A stretch of 64,000 nt of DNA from Bugula neritina (Eukaryota > Animalia > Bryozoa), in the NCBI GenBank assembly GCA_964035545.1, contig CAXIUT010000183.1, positions 1,240,001 through 1,304,000 of the forward strand, in the 5' to 3' direction. A program made the position numbers and the translations under genes. The notes beneath the pieces were generated by a model. It was not told where the DNA came from, did not search any database, and saw only the letters and a program-made list of their open reading frames with translations. Shown here one piece after another: positions 45,401 to 59,200 of this stretch. Each line of letters starts with the position of its first letter. Position 1 is the first letter of the stretch.

Positions 45401-48400
45401 ACATTGAAAAAAACTGACATACTGAAATATACTGCGACACCTAGCAATATACTGTAACATACTGAAATACACTGCAACATCCTACAACATGCTGAAATAC
45501 ACTGTAACATATTGAAATACACTGCAACACTTTGAAATATACTGCAACATACCGAAATATATGGTAAACTACTGCAACACACTACAACATATTGAAATAC
45601 ACTGCAACACATTGAAATATACTGCAACATGCCTAAATATACGGTAATATAATGAAATATACTGTAACACACCGAAATATACTGCAACATACTGAAATAC
45701 ACTGTAACATATTGAAATATACTGCAACATACTGAAATACACTGCTACATACTGAAATATACTGCAACATACTGCAACATACTGAAATACACTGTAACAT
45801 AATGAAATAAACTGCAACATACTACATCATATTGAAATACACTGCAACACATTGAAATATACTGCAACATACCTAAATATACGGTAATATACTGAAATAT
45901 ACTGTAACACATTGAAAAAACTGCAACATACTGAAATACACTGCAACACACTGAAATACACCGCAAAATACCACAACATACTGAAATACACTGTAACATA
46001 TTGAAATCCAGTGCAACACATTGAAATATACTGCAACATACCGAAATATATGGTAAACTAATGAAATATACTGTAACACATTGAAAAATACCGCAACATA
46101 CTGAAATATACTGCGACACATTGCAATATACTGTAACATACTGAAATATGCTGTAGCACACTGAAATACACTGCAACATTCTACAACAAACTGAAATACA
46201 CTGAAACATATTGAAATACACTGCAAGAAATTGAAATAGACTGCAACACAACAAAATATGGTAAACTACTGAAATAGACTTTAACAGATTGAAAAATACT
46301 GCAACATACAGAAATATACTGTAACACACTGAAATATACTGCAACATACTGAAATACACTATAACATACTGAAATATACTGCAACATACTGAAATACACT
46401 GCTACATACTGAAATATACTGCAACATACCGCAACATGCTGCAACATACTGAAATACGCTGTAACATACTGAAATACACTGCAACATACTACAACATATT
46501 GAAATACACTGCAACACATTGAAATGTACTGCAACATACCGAAATATACGGTAATATACTGAAATATACTGTAACACATTGAAAAATACTGCAACATACT
46601 GAAATACACTGCAACACACTGAAACACACCGCAAAAAACTACAACATACTGAAATACACTGTAACATATTAAAACATACTGCAACATACTGCAACATACT
46701 GAAATACACTGTAACATATTGAAATACACTGCAACACATTGAAATATACTGCAACATACCGAAATATATGGTAAACTAATGAAATATACTGTAACACATT
46801 GAAAAATACCGCAACATACTGAAATATACTGCGACACATTGCAATATACTGTAACATACTGAAATATGCTGTAGCACACTGAAATACACTGCAACATCCT
46901 ACAACATACTGAAATACACTGTAACATATTGAAATACACTGCAAAACATTGAAATTTACTGCAACATAACAAAATATATGGTAAACTACTGAAATAGACT
47001 TTAACACATTGAAAAATACTGCAACATACTGAAATATACTGTAACACACTGAAGTATACTGCAACATACTGAAATACACTGTAACATACTGAAATACACT
47101 GCAACATACTGAAATACACTGCTACATACTGAAATATACTGCAACGTACTGCAACATACTCCAGCATACTGAAATACACTGTAACATACTGAAATACACT
47201 GCAACATACTACCGCATATTGAAATACACTGCAACACATTGAAATGTACTGCAACATACCGAAATATATGGTAAACTACTAAAATATACTGTAACATATT
47301 GAAAAATACTGCAACATACTGAAATATACTGCGACACCTAGCAATATACTGTAACATACTGAAATATGCTCTAGCACACTGAAATACAATGCAACTTACT
47401 GAAATATACTGCAACATACTTAAATACACTGCAACAACCTACAATATGCTGAAATACACTGTAACATATTGAAATACACTGCAACACTTTGAAATATACT
47501 GCAACATACCGAAATATATGGTAAACTACTGCAACATACTACAACATATTGAAATACACTGCAACACATTGAAGTATACTGCAACATACCTAAATATACG
47601 GTAATATACTGAAATATACTGTAACACATTGAAAAATACTGCAACATACTGAAATATACTGTAACACACCGAAATATACTGCAACATACTGAAATACACT
47701 GTAACATACTGAAATATACTGTAACATACTGAAATACACTGCTACATACTGAAATATGCTGCAACATACTGCAACATACTGAAATAAACTGCAACATACT
47801 ACAACATATTGAAATACACTGCAACACATTGAAATATACTGCAACATACCTAAATATACGGTAATACACTGAAATTCACTGTAACGCATTGCAAAATACT
47901 GCAACATACTGAAATTCACTGCGACACACTGAAATACGCTGCAAAATACTACAACATACTGAAATAAACTGTAACATATTGAAATACGGTGCAACACATT
48001 GAAAAATACTGCAACATACTGAAATTTACTGTAACACACTGAAATATACTGCAACATACTGAAATACACTGTAACATACTGAAATATACTGCAACATACT
48101 GAAATACACTGCTACATACTGAAATATACTGCAACATACTGCAACATACTGCAATACACTGTAACATACTGAAATACACTGCAACATACTACAACATATT
48201 GAAATACACTGCAACACATTGAAATACACTGCAACTTACCGAATATATGGTAAACTACTGAAATATACTGTAACGCATTGAAAAATACTGCAACATACTG
48301 AAATATATTGCGACACATTGCAATATACTGTAACATACTGAAAAATGCTGTAGCACACTGAAATATACTGCAATTCACTGAAATATACTGCAACATACTG

Positions 48401-51400
48401 AAATACACCGCAACATCCTACAACATACTGAAATACTTTGTAACATATTGAAATACACTGCAACACATTGAAATATACTGCAACATAACGAAATATATGG
48501 TAAACTAATGAAATATATTTTAACACATTGAAAAATACTGCAACATACTGAAATATATTTTAACACATTGAAAAATACTGCAACATACTGAAATACACTG
48601 CAACACATTGAAATATACTGCAACATACCGAAATATATGGTAAACTACTGAAATATACTGTAACACATTGAAAAATACTGCAACATACTGAAATACACTG
48701 TAACATACTGAAATAAACTGCAACATACTACAAAACATTGAAATACACTGCAACAAAGTGAAATATACTGCAACATACCTAAATATACGGTAATATACTG
48801 AAATTCACTGTAACGCATTGCAAAATACTGCAACATACTGAAATTCACTGCGACACACTGAAATACGCTGCAAAATACTACAACATACTGAAATACACTG
48901 TAACATATTGAAATACACTGCAAAACATTGAAATTTACTGCAACATAACAAAATATATGGTAAACTACTGAAATAGACTTTAACACATTGAAAAATACTG
49001 CAACATACTGAAATATACTGTAACACACTGAAGTATACTGCAACATACTGAAATACACTGTAACATACTGAAATACACTGCAACATACTGAAATACACTG
49101 CTACATACTGAAATATACTGCAACGTACTGCAACATACTCCAGCATACTGAAATACACTGTAACATACTGAAATACACTGCAACATACTACCGCATATTG
49201 AAATACACTGCAACACATTGAAATGTACTGCAACATACCGAAATATATGGTAAACTACTAAAATATACTGTAACATATTGAAAAATACTGCAACATACTG
49301 AAATATACTGCGACACCTAGCAATATACTGTAACATACTGAAATATGCTCTAGCACACTGAAATACAATGCAACTTACTGAAATATACTGCAACATACTT
49401 AAATACACTGCAACAACCTACAATATGCTGAAATACACTGTAACATATTGAAATACACTGCAACACTTTGAAATATACTGCAACATACCGAAATATATGG
49501 TAAACTACTGCAACATACTACAACATATTGAAATACACTGCAACACATTGAAGTATACTGCAACATACCTAAATATACGGTAATATACTGAAATATACTG
49601 TAACACATTGAAAAATACTGCAACATACTGAAATATACTGTAACACACCGAAATATACTGCAACATACTGAAATACACTGTAACATACTGAAATATACTG
49701 TAACATACTGAAATACACTGCTACATACTGAAATATGCTGCAACATACTGCAACATACTGAAATAAACTGCAACATACTACAACATATTGAAATACACTG
49801 CAACTCATTGAAATATACTGCAACATACCTAAATATACGGTAATACACTGAAATTCACTGTAACGCATTGCAAAATACTGCAACATACTGAAATTCACTG
49901 CGACACACTGAAATACGCTGCAAAATACTACAACATACTGAAATAAACTGTAACATATTGAAATACACTGCAACACATTGAAAAATACTGCAACATACTG
50001 AAATTTACTGTAACACACTGAAATATACTGCAACATACTGAAATACACTGTAACATACTGAAATATACTGCAACATACTGAAATACACTGCTACATACTG
50101 AAATATACTGCAACATACTGCAACATACTGCAATACACTGTAACATACTGAAATACACTGCAACATACTACAACATATTGAAACACACTGCAACACATTG
50201 AAATACACTGCAACTTACCGAATATATGGTAAACTACTGAAATATACTGTAACGCATTGAAAAGTACTGCAACATACTGAAATATATTGCGACACATTGC
50301 AATATACTGTAACATACTGAAAAATGCTGTAGCACACTGAAATATACTGCAATTCACTGAAATATACTGCAACATACTGAAATACACCGCAACATCCTAC
50401 AACATACTGAAATACTTTGTAACATATTGAAATACACTGCAACACATTGAAACATACTGCAACATAACGAAATATATGGTAAACTAATGAAATATATTTT
50501 AACACATTGAAAAATACTGCAACATACTGAAATATATTTTAACACATTGAAAAATACTGCAACATACTGAAATACACTGCAACACATTGAAATATACTGC
50601 AACATACCGAAATATATGGTAAACTACTGAAATATACTGTAACACATTGAAAAATACTGCAACATACTGAAATACACTGTAACATACTGAAATAAACTGC
50701 AACATACTACAAAATATTGAAATACACTGCAACAAAGTGAAATATACTGCAACATACCTAAATATACGGTAATATACTGAAATTCACTGTAACGCATTGC
50801 AAAATACTGCAACATACTGAAATTCACTGCGACACACTGAAATACGCTGCAAAATACTACAACATACTGAAATAAACTGTAACATATTGAAATACACTGC
50901 AACACATTGAAATATACTGCAACATACTGAAATACACTGCTACATACTGAAATATACTGCAACGTACTGCAACATACTCCAGCATACTGAAATACACTGT
51001 AACATACTGAAATACACTGCAACATACTACCACATATTGAAATACACTGCAACACATTGAAATGTACTGCAACATACCGAAATATATGGTAAACTACTAA
51101 AATATACTGTAACACATTGAAAAATACTGCAACATACTGAAATATACTGCGACACCTAGCAATATACTGTAACATACTGAAATATGCTCTAGCACACTGA
51201 AATACAATGCAACTTACTGAAATATACTGCAACATACTGAAATACACTGCAACATCCTACAATATGCTGAAATACACAGTAACATATTGAAATACACTGC
51301 AACACTTTGAAATATACTGCAACATACCGAAATATATGGTAAACTACTGCAACATACTACAACATACTGAAATACACTGCAACACATTGAAATATACTGC

Positions 51401-51616
51401 GACATACCTAAATATACGGTAATATACTGAAATATACTGTAAAACATTGAAAAACACTGCAACATACTGAAATATACTGTAACACATCGAAATATACTGC
51501 AACATACTGAAATACACTGTAACATACTGAAATACACTGCTACATACTGAAATATACTGCAACATACTACAACATATTGAAATACACTGCAACACATTGA
51601 AATATACTGCAACATA
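12417..51616. repeat. Satellite array segment 2 with nested higher-order repeats
   Basis: Same 10/20-bp unit. GCTCTAGCAC at 15981/17253/18525/19777 gives periods 1272, 1272 and 1252. TCCAGTGCAA at 29091/35306/39772/46007 gives periods 6215, 4466 and 6235. AACAAAGTG at 48752/50731 gives 1979. Confidence 0.99.
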
Positions 51617-52371
51617 CACAGGATAGTTAAGGGCAACCTTTCAGTTCTAGCTGCTATGCTGATGATGCATTGTTATCGTATAAGAAATCAGTCCCAGTAA
51701 AATAAAATCTTACCTAATTGTGCTAGAATCAAAATTTACAAACTATGTTGTAGATAGCTTTCTTCCTCAGCGCGGTTTTTTTGGAATTTTTAATCTTTCA
51801 TTTTTTGGCTAGGCTACAGACAAAAAACTACCCTTTTTCTCCTATTTTTAGCTGAAAAAACATCATGTCAGTCCCAGTAAAATATCTCAGCAGGAAAACA
51901 TAATATCTGAAAAAAGAAAACACTGTTGGAATCCTGAGATGTTTCTGCAGCGCGGTTTTTGTAATGTTTTTAATAGCTTTTATAGATTTTCTATAAATTA
52001 GTGATTTATACGCTGAAAATGAGATAATTTTTCTTTACTAATAAGCACTGCGCATCACTTCACGCTTCAGTGAACGCGTAGAGATGGGAAGATATTGGCT
52101 TGTCCATTACTAATTACAGACCTGCTAGCCTACAAGCTAGTGAATAGCTTGGTGTCTAATTCATTTATAGAGTAGCCACAATGGAATGTTGATATATAAT
52201 GCAGCCCTAATTGAGCTTGCTGTTTATTGGTCATAGTCTAATATTAGGCTAAACATACACAGGCAGGCAACACGCATGCCACCCACAGAACAATATTATA
52301 GCAAGAACCTAGACTACATTGTGAGCTAAATTTATGATATTCTTAGTAAGGATGCCCTTAACTATCCTGTG
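51617..52371. mobile_element. Non-autonomous DNA transposon (MITE), 755 bp, 24-bp TIRs, TA target-site duplication
   Basis: The left end CACAGGATAGTTAAGGGCAACCTT and right end AAGGATGCCCTTAACTATCCTGTG form a 23/24 inverted match. TA lies at 51615-16 and 52372-73. The empty site AACATACCTAAAT is a common satellite module. No transposase ORF is present. Superfamily (Tc1/mariner vs CMC/EnSpm-like) cannot be resolved here. Confidence 0.95.
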
Positions 52372-55300
52372 TACCTAAATATACGGTAATATACTGAAAT
52401 TCACTGTAACGCATTGCAAAATACTGCAACATACTGAAATTCACTGCGACACACTGAAATACGCTGCAAAATACTACAACATACTGAAATAAACTGTAAC
52501 ATGTTGAAATACACTGCAACACATTGAAAAATACTGCAACATACTGAAATATACTGTAACACACTGAAATATACTGCAACATACTGAAATACACTGTAAC
52601 ATACTGAAATATACTGCAACATACTGAAATACACTGCTACATACTGAAATATACTGCAACATACTGCAACATACTGCAATACACTGTAAAATACTGAAAT
52701 ACACTGCAACATACTACAACATATTGAAATACACTGCAACACATTGAAATACACTGCAACTTACCGAATATATGGTAAACTACTGAAATATACTGTAACG
52801 CATTGAAAAATACTGCAACATACTGAAATATATTGCGACACATTGCAATATACTGTAACATACTGAAAAATGCTGTAGCACACTGAAATATACTGCAATT
52901 CACTGAAATATATGGTAAACTACTGAAATATACTGTAACACATTGAAAAATACTGCAACATACTGAAATACACTGTAACATACTGAAATAAACTGCAACA
53001 TACTACAACATATTGAAATACACTGCAACAAATTGAAATATACTGCAACATACCTAAATATACGGTAATATACTGAAATTCACTGTAACGCATTGCAAAA
53101 TACTGCAACATACTGAAATTCACTGCGACACACTGAAATACGCTGCAAAATACTACAACATACTGAAATAAACTGTAACATATTGAAATACACTGCAACA
53201 CATTGAAATATACTGCAACATAACAAAATATATGGTAAACTACTGAAATAGACTTTAACACATTGAAAAATACTGCAACATACTGAAATACACTGTAACA
53301 TACTGAAATATACTGCAACATACTGAAAGACACTGCTACATACTGAAATATACTGCAACGTACTGCAACATACTCCAGCATACTGAAATACACTGTAACA
53401 TACTGAAATACACTGCAACATACTACCACATATTGAAATACACTGCAACACATTGAAATGTACTGCAACATACCGAAATATATGGTAAACTACTAAAATA
53501 TACTGTAACACATTGAAAAATACTGCAACATACTGAAATATACTGTAACACATCGAAATATACTGCAACATACTGAAATACACTGCAACACATTGAAATA
53601 TACTGCAACATACCTAAATATACGGTAATATACTGAAATTCACTGTAACGCATTGCAAAATACTGCAACATACTGAAGTTCACTGCGACACACTGAAATA
53701 CGCTGCAAAATACTACAACATACTGAAATAAACTGTAACATGTTGAAATACACTGCAACACTTTGAAATATACTGCAACATACCGAAATGTATGGTAAAC
53801 TACTGCAACATACTACAACATACTGAAATACACTGCAACACATTGAAATATACTGCGACATACCTAAATATACGGTAATATACTGAAATATACTGTAAAA
53901 CATTGAAAAACACTGCAACATACTGAAATATACTGTAACACATCGAAATATACTGCAACATACTGAAATACACTGTAACATACTGAAATACACTGCTACA
54001 TACTGAAATATACTGCAACATACTGCAACATACTGAAATACACAGTAACATACTGAAATAAACTGCAACATACTACAACATATTGAAATACACTGCAACA
54101 TATTGAAATATACTGCAACATACCTAAATATACGGTAATATACTGAAATTCACTGTAACGCATTGCAAAATACTGCAACATACTGAAATTCACTGCGACA
54201 CACTGAAATACGCTGCAAAATATTACAACATACTGAAATAAACTGTAACATGTTGAAATACACTGCAACACATTGAAAAATACTGCAACATACTGAAATA
54301 TACTGTAACACACTGAAATATACTGCAACATACTGAAATACACTGTAACATACTGAAATATACTGCAACATACTGAAATACACTGCTACATACTGAAATA
54401 TACTGCAACATACTGCAACATACTGCAATACACTGTAAAATACTGAAATACACTGCAACATACTACTACAACATATCGAAATACACTGCAACACATTGAA
54501 ATACACTGCAACTTACCGAATATATGGTAAACTACTGAAATATACTGTAACGCATTGAAAAGTACTGCAACATACTGAAATATATTGCGACACATTGCAA
54601 TAAACTGTAACATACTGAAAAATGCTGTAGCACACTGAAATACACTGCCATTCACTGAAATATACTGCAACATACTGAAATACACCGCAACATCCTACAA
54701 CATACTGAAGTACACTGTAACATATTGAAATACACTGCAACACATTGAAATATACTGCAACATACCGAAATATATCGTAAACTACTGAAATATACTGTAA
54801 CACATTGAAAAAAACTGCAACATACTGAAATATACTGTAACAAACCGAATAATACTGCAACATACTGAAATACACTGTAACATACTGAAATATACTGTAA
54901 CATACTGAAATACACTGCTACATACTGAAATATGCTGCAACATACTGCAACATACTGAAATAAACTGCAACTTACCGAATATATGGTAAACTACTGAAAT
55001 ATACTGTAATGCATTGAAAAATACTGCAACATACTGAAATATATTGCGACACATTGAAATATACTGCAACATACCTAAATATACGGTAATATACTGAAAT
55101 TCACTGTAACGCATTGCAAAATACTGCAACATACTGAAATTCACTGCGACACACTGAAATACGCTGCAAAATACTACAACATACTGAAATAAACTGTAAC
55201 ATATTGAAATACACTGCAACACATTGAAAAATACTGCAACATACTGAAATTTACTGTAACACACTGAAATATACTGCAACATACTGAAATACACTGTAAC

Positions 55301-55876
55301 ATACTGAAATATACTGCAACATACTGAAATACACTGCTACATACTGAAATATACTGCAACATACTGCAACATACTGCAATACACTGTAACATACTGAAAT
55401 ACACTGCAACATACTACAACATATTGAAATACACTGCAACACATTGAAATACACTGCAACTTACCGAATATAGGGTAAACTACTGAAATATACTGTAACG
55501 CATTGAAAAATACTGCAACATACTGAAATATATTGCGACACATTGCAATATACTGTAACATACTGAAAAATGCTGTAGCACACTGAAATATACTGCAATT
55601 CACTGAAATATATGGTAAACTACTGAAATATACTGTAACACATTGAAAAATACTGCAACATACTGAAATACACTGTAACATACTGAAATAAACTGCAACA
55701 TACTACAACATATTGAAATACACTGCAACAAATTGAAATATACTGCAACATACCTAAATATACGGTAATATACTGAAATTCACTGTAACGCATTGCAAAA
55801 TACTGCAACATACTGAAATTCACTGCGACACACTGAAATACGCTGCAAAATACTACAACATACTGAAATAAACTGT
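52372..55876. repeat. Satellite array segment 3
   Basis: The same 10/20-bp unit and modules resume in register after the MITE. Confidence 0.99.
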
Positions 55877-56260
55877 TTTTTCTACTCTGACAATTTTTTT
55901 CCCACTCACTCTATCAATACACGTCAATCATTCATAAATCTCCCCCTTCCTCACTCTCAAACAGCAGCAGGTCACAGAAGAAACTGTTATCAGGAGGTGG
56001 CACTATGGAATGAACTGCCAATCCCTTTACGGTCAATTAGCAACCCTAATGAATTTGGGAGGAAGTTGAGGCTTTATCTGTTAGAATAGTTGTATTTTTT
56101 TTGTATTTTTCTGGATAGAGTCGCTGTCAGCTCGTGTTGGCCCGCGCATGACTAGCTAGGCTATAGCGCAATGGGCCTCATCATCGCCTCCTTGGCATTT
56201 TCTAATGTCCTTGTGTTATTAAATACCTTTGATGAAATAAACCAAACAAACAAACAAACA
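55877..56260 (+). mobile_element. 5'-truncated non-LTR retrotransposon (CR1/L2-group LINE) 3' end, 384 bp
   Basis: 55877-56089 translates to FFYSDNFFPTHSINTRQSFINLPLPHSQTAAGHRRNCYQEVALWNELPIPLRSISNPNEFGRKLRLYLLE*. This fits the CR1/L2-group ORF2 C-terminus (HxxxTR ... LWNxLP ... FxxxLxxYL). It is followed by a 3' UTR hairpin, AATAAA (56236-56241) and a (CAAA)n tail. Confidence 0.88.
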
Positions 56261-59200
56261 AACATATTGAAATACACTGTAACATACTGAAATATACTGC
56301 AACACACTGAAATACACTGCTACATACTGAAATATACTGCAACGTACTGCAACATACTCCAGCATACTGAAATACACTGTAACATACTGAAATACACTGC
56401 AACATACTACCACATATTGAAATACACTGCAACACATTGAAATGTACTGCAACATACCGAAATATATGGTAAACTACTAAAATATACTGTAACACATTGA
56501 AAAATACTGCAACATACTGAAATATACTGTAACACATCGAAATATACTGCAACATACTGAAATACACTGCAACACATTGAAATATACTGCAACATACCTA
56601 AATATACGGTAATATACTGAAATTCACTGTAACGCATTGCAAAATACTGCAACATACTGAAATTCACTGCGACACACTGAAATACGCTGCAAAATACTAC
56701 AACATACTGAAATAAACTGTAACATGTTGAAATACACTGCAACACTTTGAAATATACTGCAACATACCGAAATGTATGGTAAACTACTGCAACATACTAC
56801 AACATACTGAAATACACTGCAACACATTGAAATATACTGCGACATACCTAAATATACGGTAATATACTGAAATATACTGTAAAACATTGAAAAACACTGC
56901 AACATACTGAAATATACTGTAACACATCGAAATATACTGCAACATACTGAAATACACTGTAACATACTGAAATACACTGCTACATACTGAAATATACTGC
57001 AACATACTGCAACATACTGAAATACACAGTAACATACTGAAATAAACTGCAACATACTACAACATATTGAAATACACTGCAACACATTGAAATATACTGC
57101 AACATACCTAAATATACGGTAATATACTGAAATTCACTGTAACGCATTGCAAAATACTGCAACATACTGAAATTCACTGCGACACACTGAAATACGCTGC
57201 AAAATACTACAACATACTGAAATAAACTGTAACATGTTGAAATACACTGCAACACATTGAAAAATACTGCAACATACTGAAATATACTGTAACACACTGA
57301 AATATACTGCAACATACTGAAATACACTGTAACATACTGAAATATACTGCAACATACTGAAATACACTGCTACATACTGAAATATACTGCAACATACTGC
57401 AACATACTGCAATACACTGTAAAATACTGAAATACACTGCAACATACTACAACATATTGAAATACACTGCAACACATTGAAATACACTGCAACTTATCGA
57501 ATATATGGAAAACTACTGAAATATACTGTAACGCATTGAAAAAGACTGCAACATACTGAAATATATTGCGACACATTGCAATATACTGTAATATACTGAA
57601 AAATGCTGTATCACACTGAAATATACTGCAATTCGCTGAAATATACTGCAACATACTGAAATACACCGCAACATCCTACAACATACTAAAATACACTGTA
57701 ACATTTCGAAATACACTGCAACACATTGAATTATACTGCAACATAACGAAATATATGGTAAACTACTGAAATATATTTTAACAAATTGAAAAATACTGCA
57801 ACATACTGAAATATACTGTAACACACTGAAGTATACTGCAACATACTGAAATACACTGTAACATACTGAAATATACTGCAACATACTGAAATACACTGCT
57901 ACATACTGAAACATACTGCAACGTACTGCAACATACTGCAGCATACTGAAATACACTGTAACATATTGAAATACACTGCAACAAATTGAAATATACTGCA
58001 ACATACCTAAATATACGGTAATATACTGAAATTCACTGTAACGCATTGCAAAATACTGCAACATACTGAAATTCACTGCGACACACTGAAATACGCTGCA
58101 AAATACTACAACATACTGAAATAAACTGTAACATATTGAAATACACTGTAACATACTGAAATATACTGCAACATACTGAAATACACTGCTACATACTGAA
58201 ATATACTGCAACGTACTGCAACATACTCCAGCATACTGAAATACACTGTAACATACTGAAATACACTGCAACATACTACCACATATTGAAATACACTGCA
58301 ACACATTGAAATGTACTGCAACATACCGAAATATATGGTAAACTACTAAAATATACTGTAACACATTGAAAAATACTGCAACATACTGAAATATACTGTA
58401 ACACATCGAAATATACTGCAACATACTGAAATACACTGCAACACATTGAAATATACTGCAACATACCTAAATATACGGTAATATACTGAAATTCACTGTA
58501 ACGCATTGCAAAATACTGCAACATACTGAAATTCACTGCGACACACTGAAATACGCTGCAAAATACTACAACATACTGAAATAAACTGTAACATGTTGAA
58601 ATACACTGCAACACTTTGAAATATACTGCAACATACCGAAATGTATGGTAAACTACTGCAACATACTACAACATACTGAAATACACTGCAACACATTGAA
58701 ATATACTGCGACATACCTAAATATACGGTAATATACTGAAATATACTGTAAAACATTGAAAAACACTGCAACATACTGAAATATACTGTAACACATCGAA
58801 ATATACTGCAACATACTGAAATACACTGTAACATACTGAAATACACTGCTACATACTGAAATATACTGCAACATACTGCAACATACTGAAATACACAGTA
58901 ACATACTGAAATAAACTGCAACATACTACAACATATTGAAATACACTGCAACACATTGAAATATACTGCAACATACCTAAATATACGGTAATATACTGAA
59001 ATTCACTGTAACGCATTGCAAAATACTGCAACATACTGAAATTCACTGCGACACACTGAAATACGCTGCAAAATACTACAACATACTGAAATAAACTGTA
59101 ACATGTTGAAATACACTGCAACACATTGAAAAATACTGCAACATACTGAAATATACTGTAACACACTGAAATATACTGCAACATACTGAAATACACTGTA

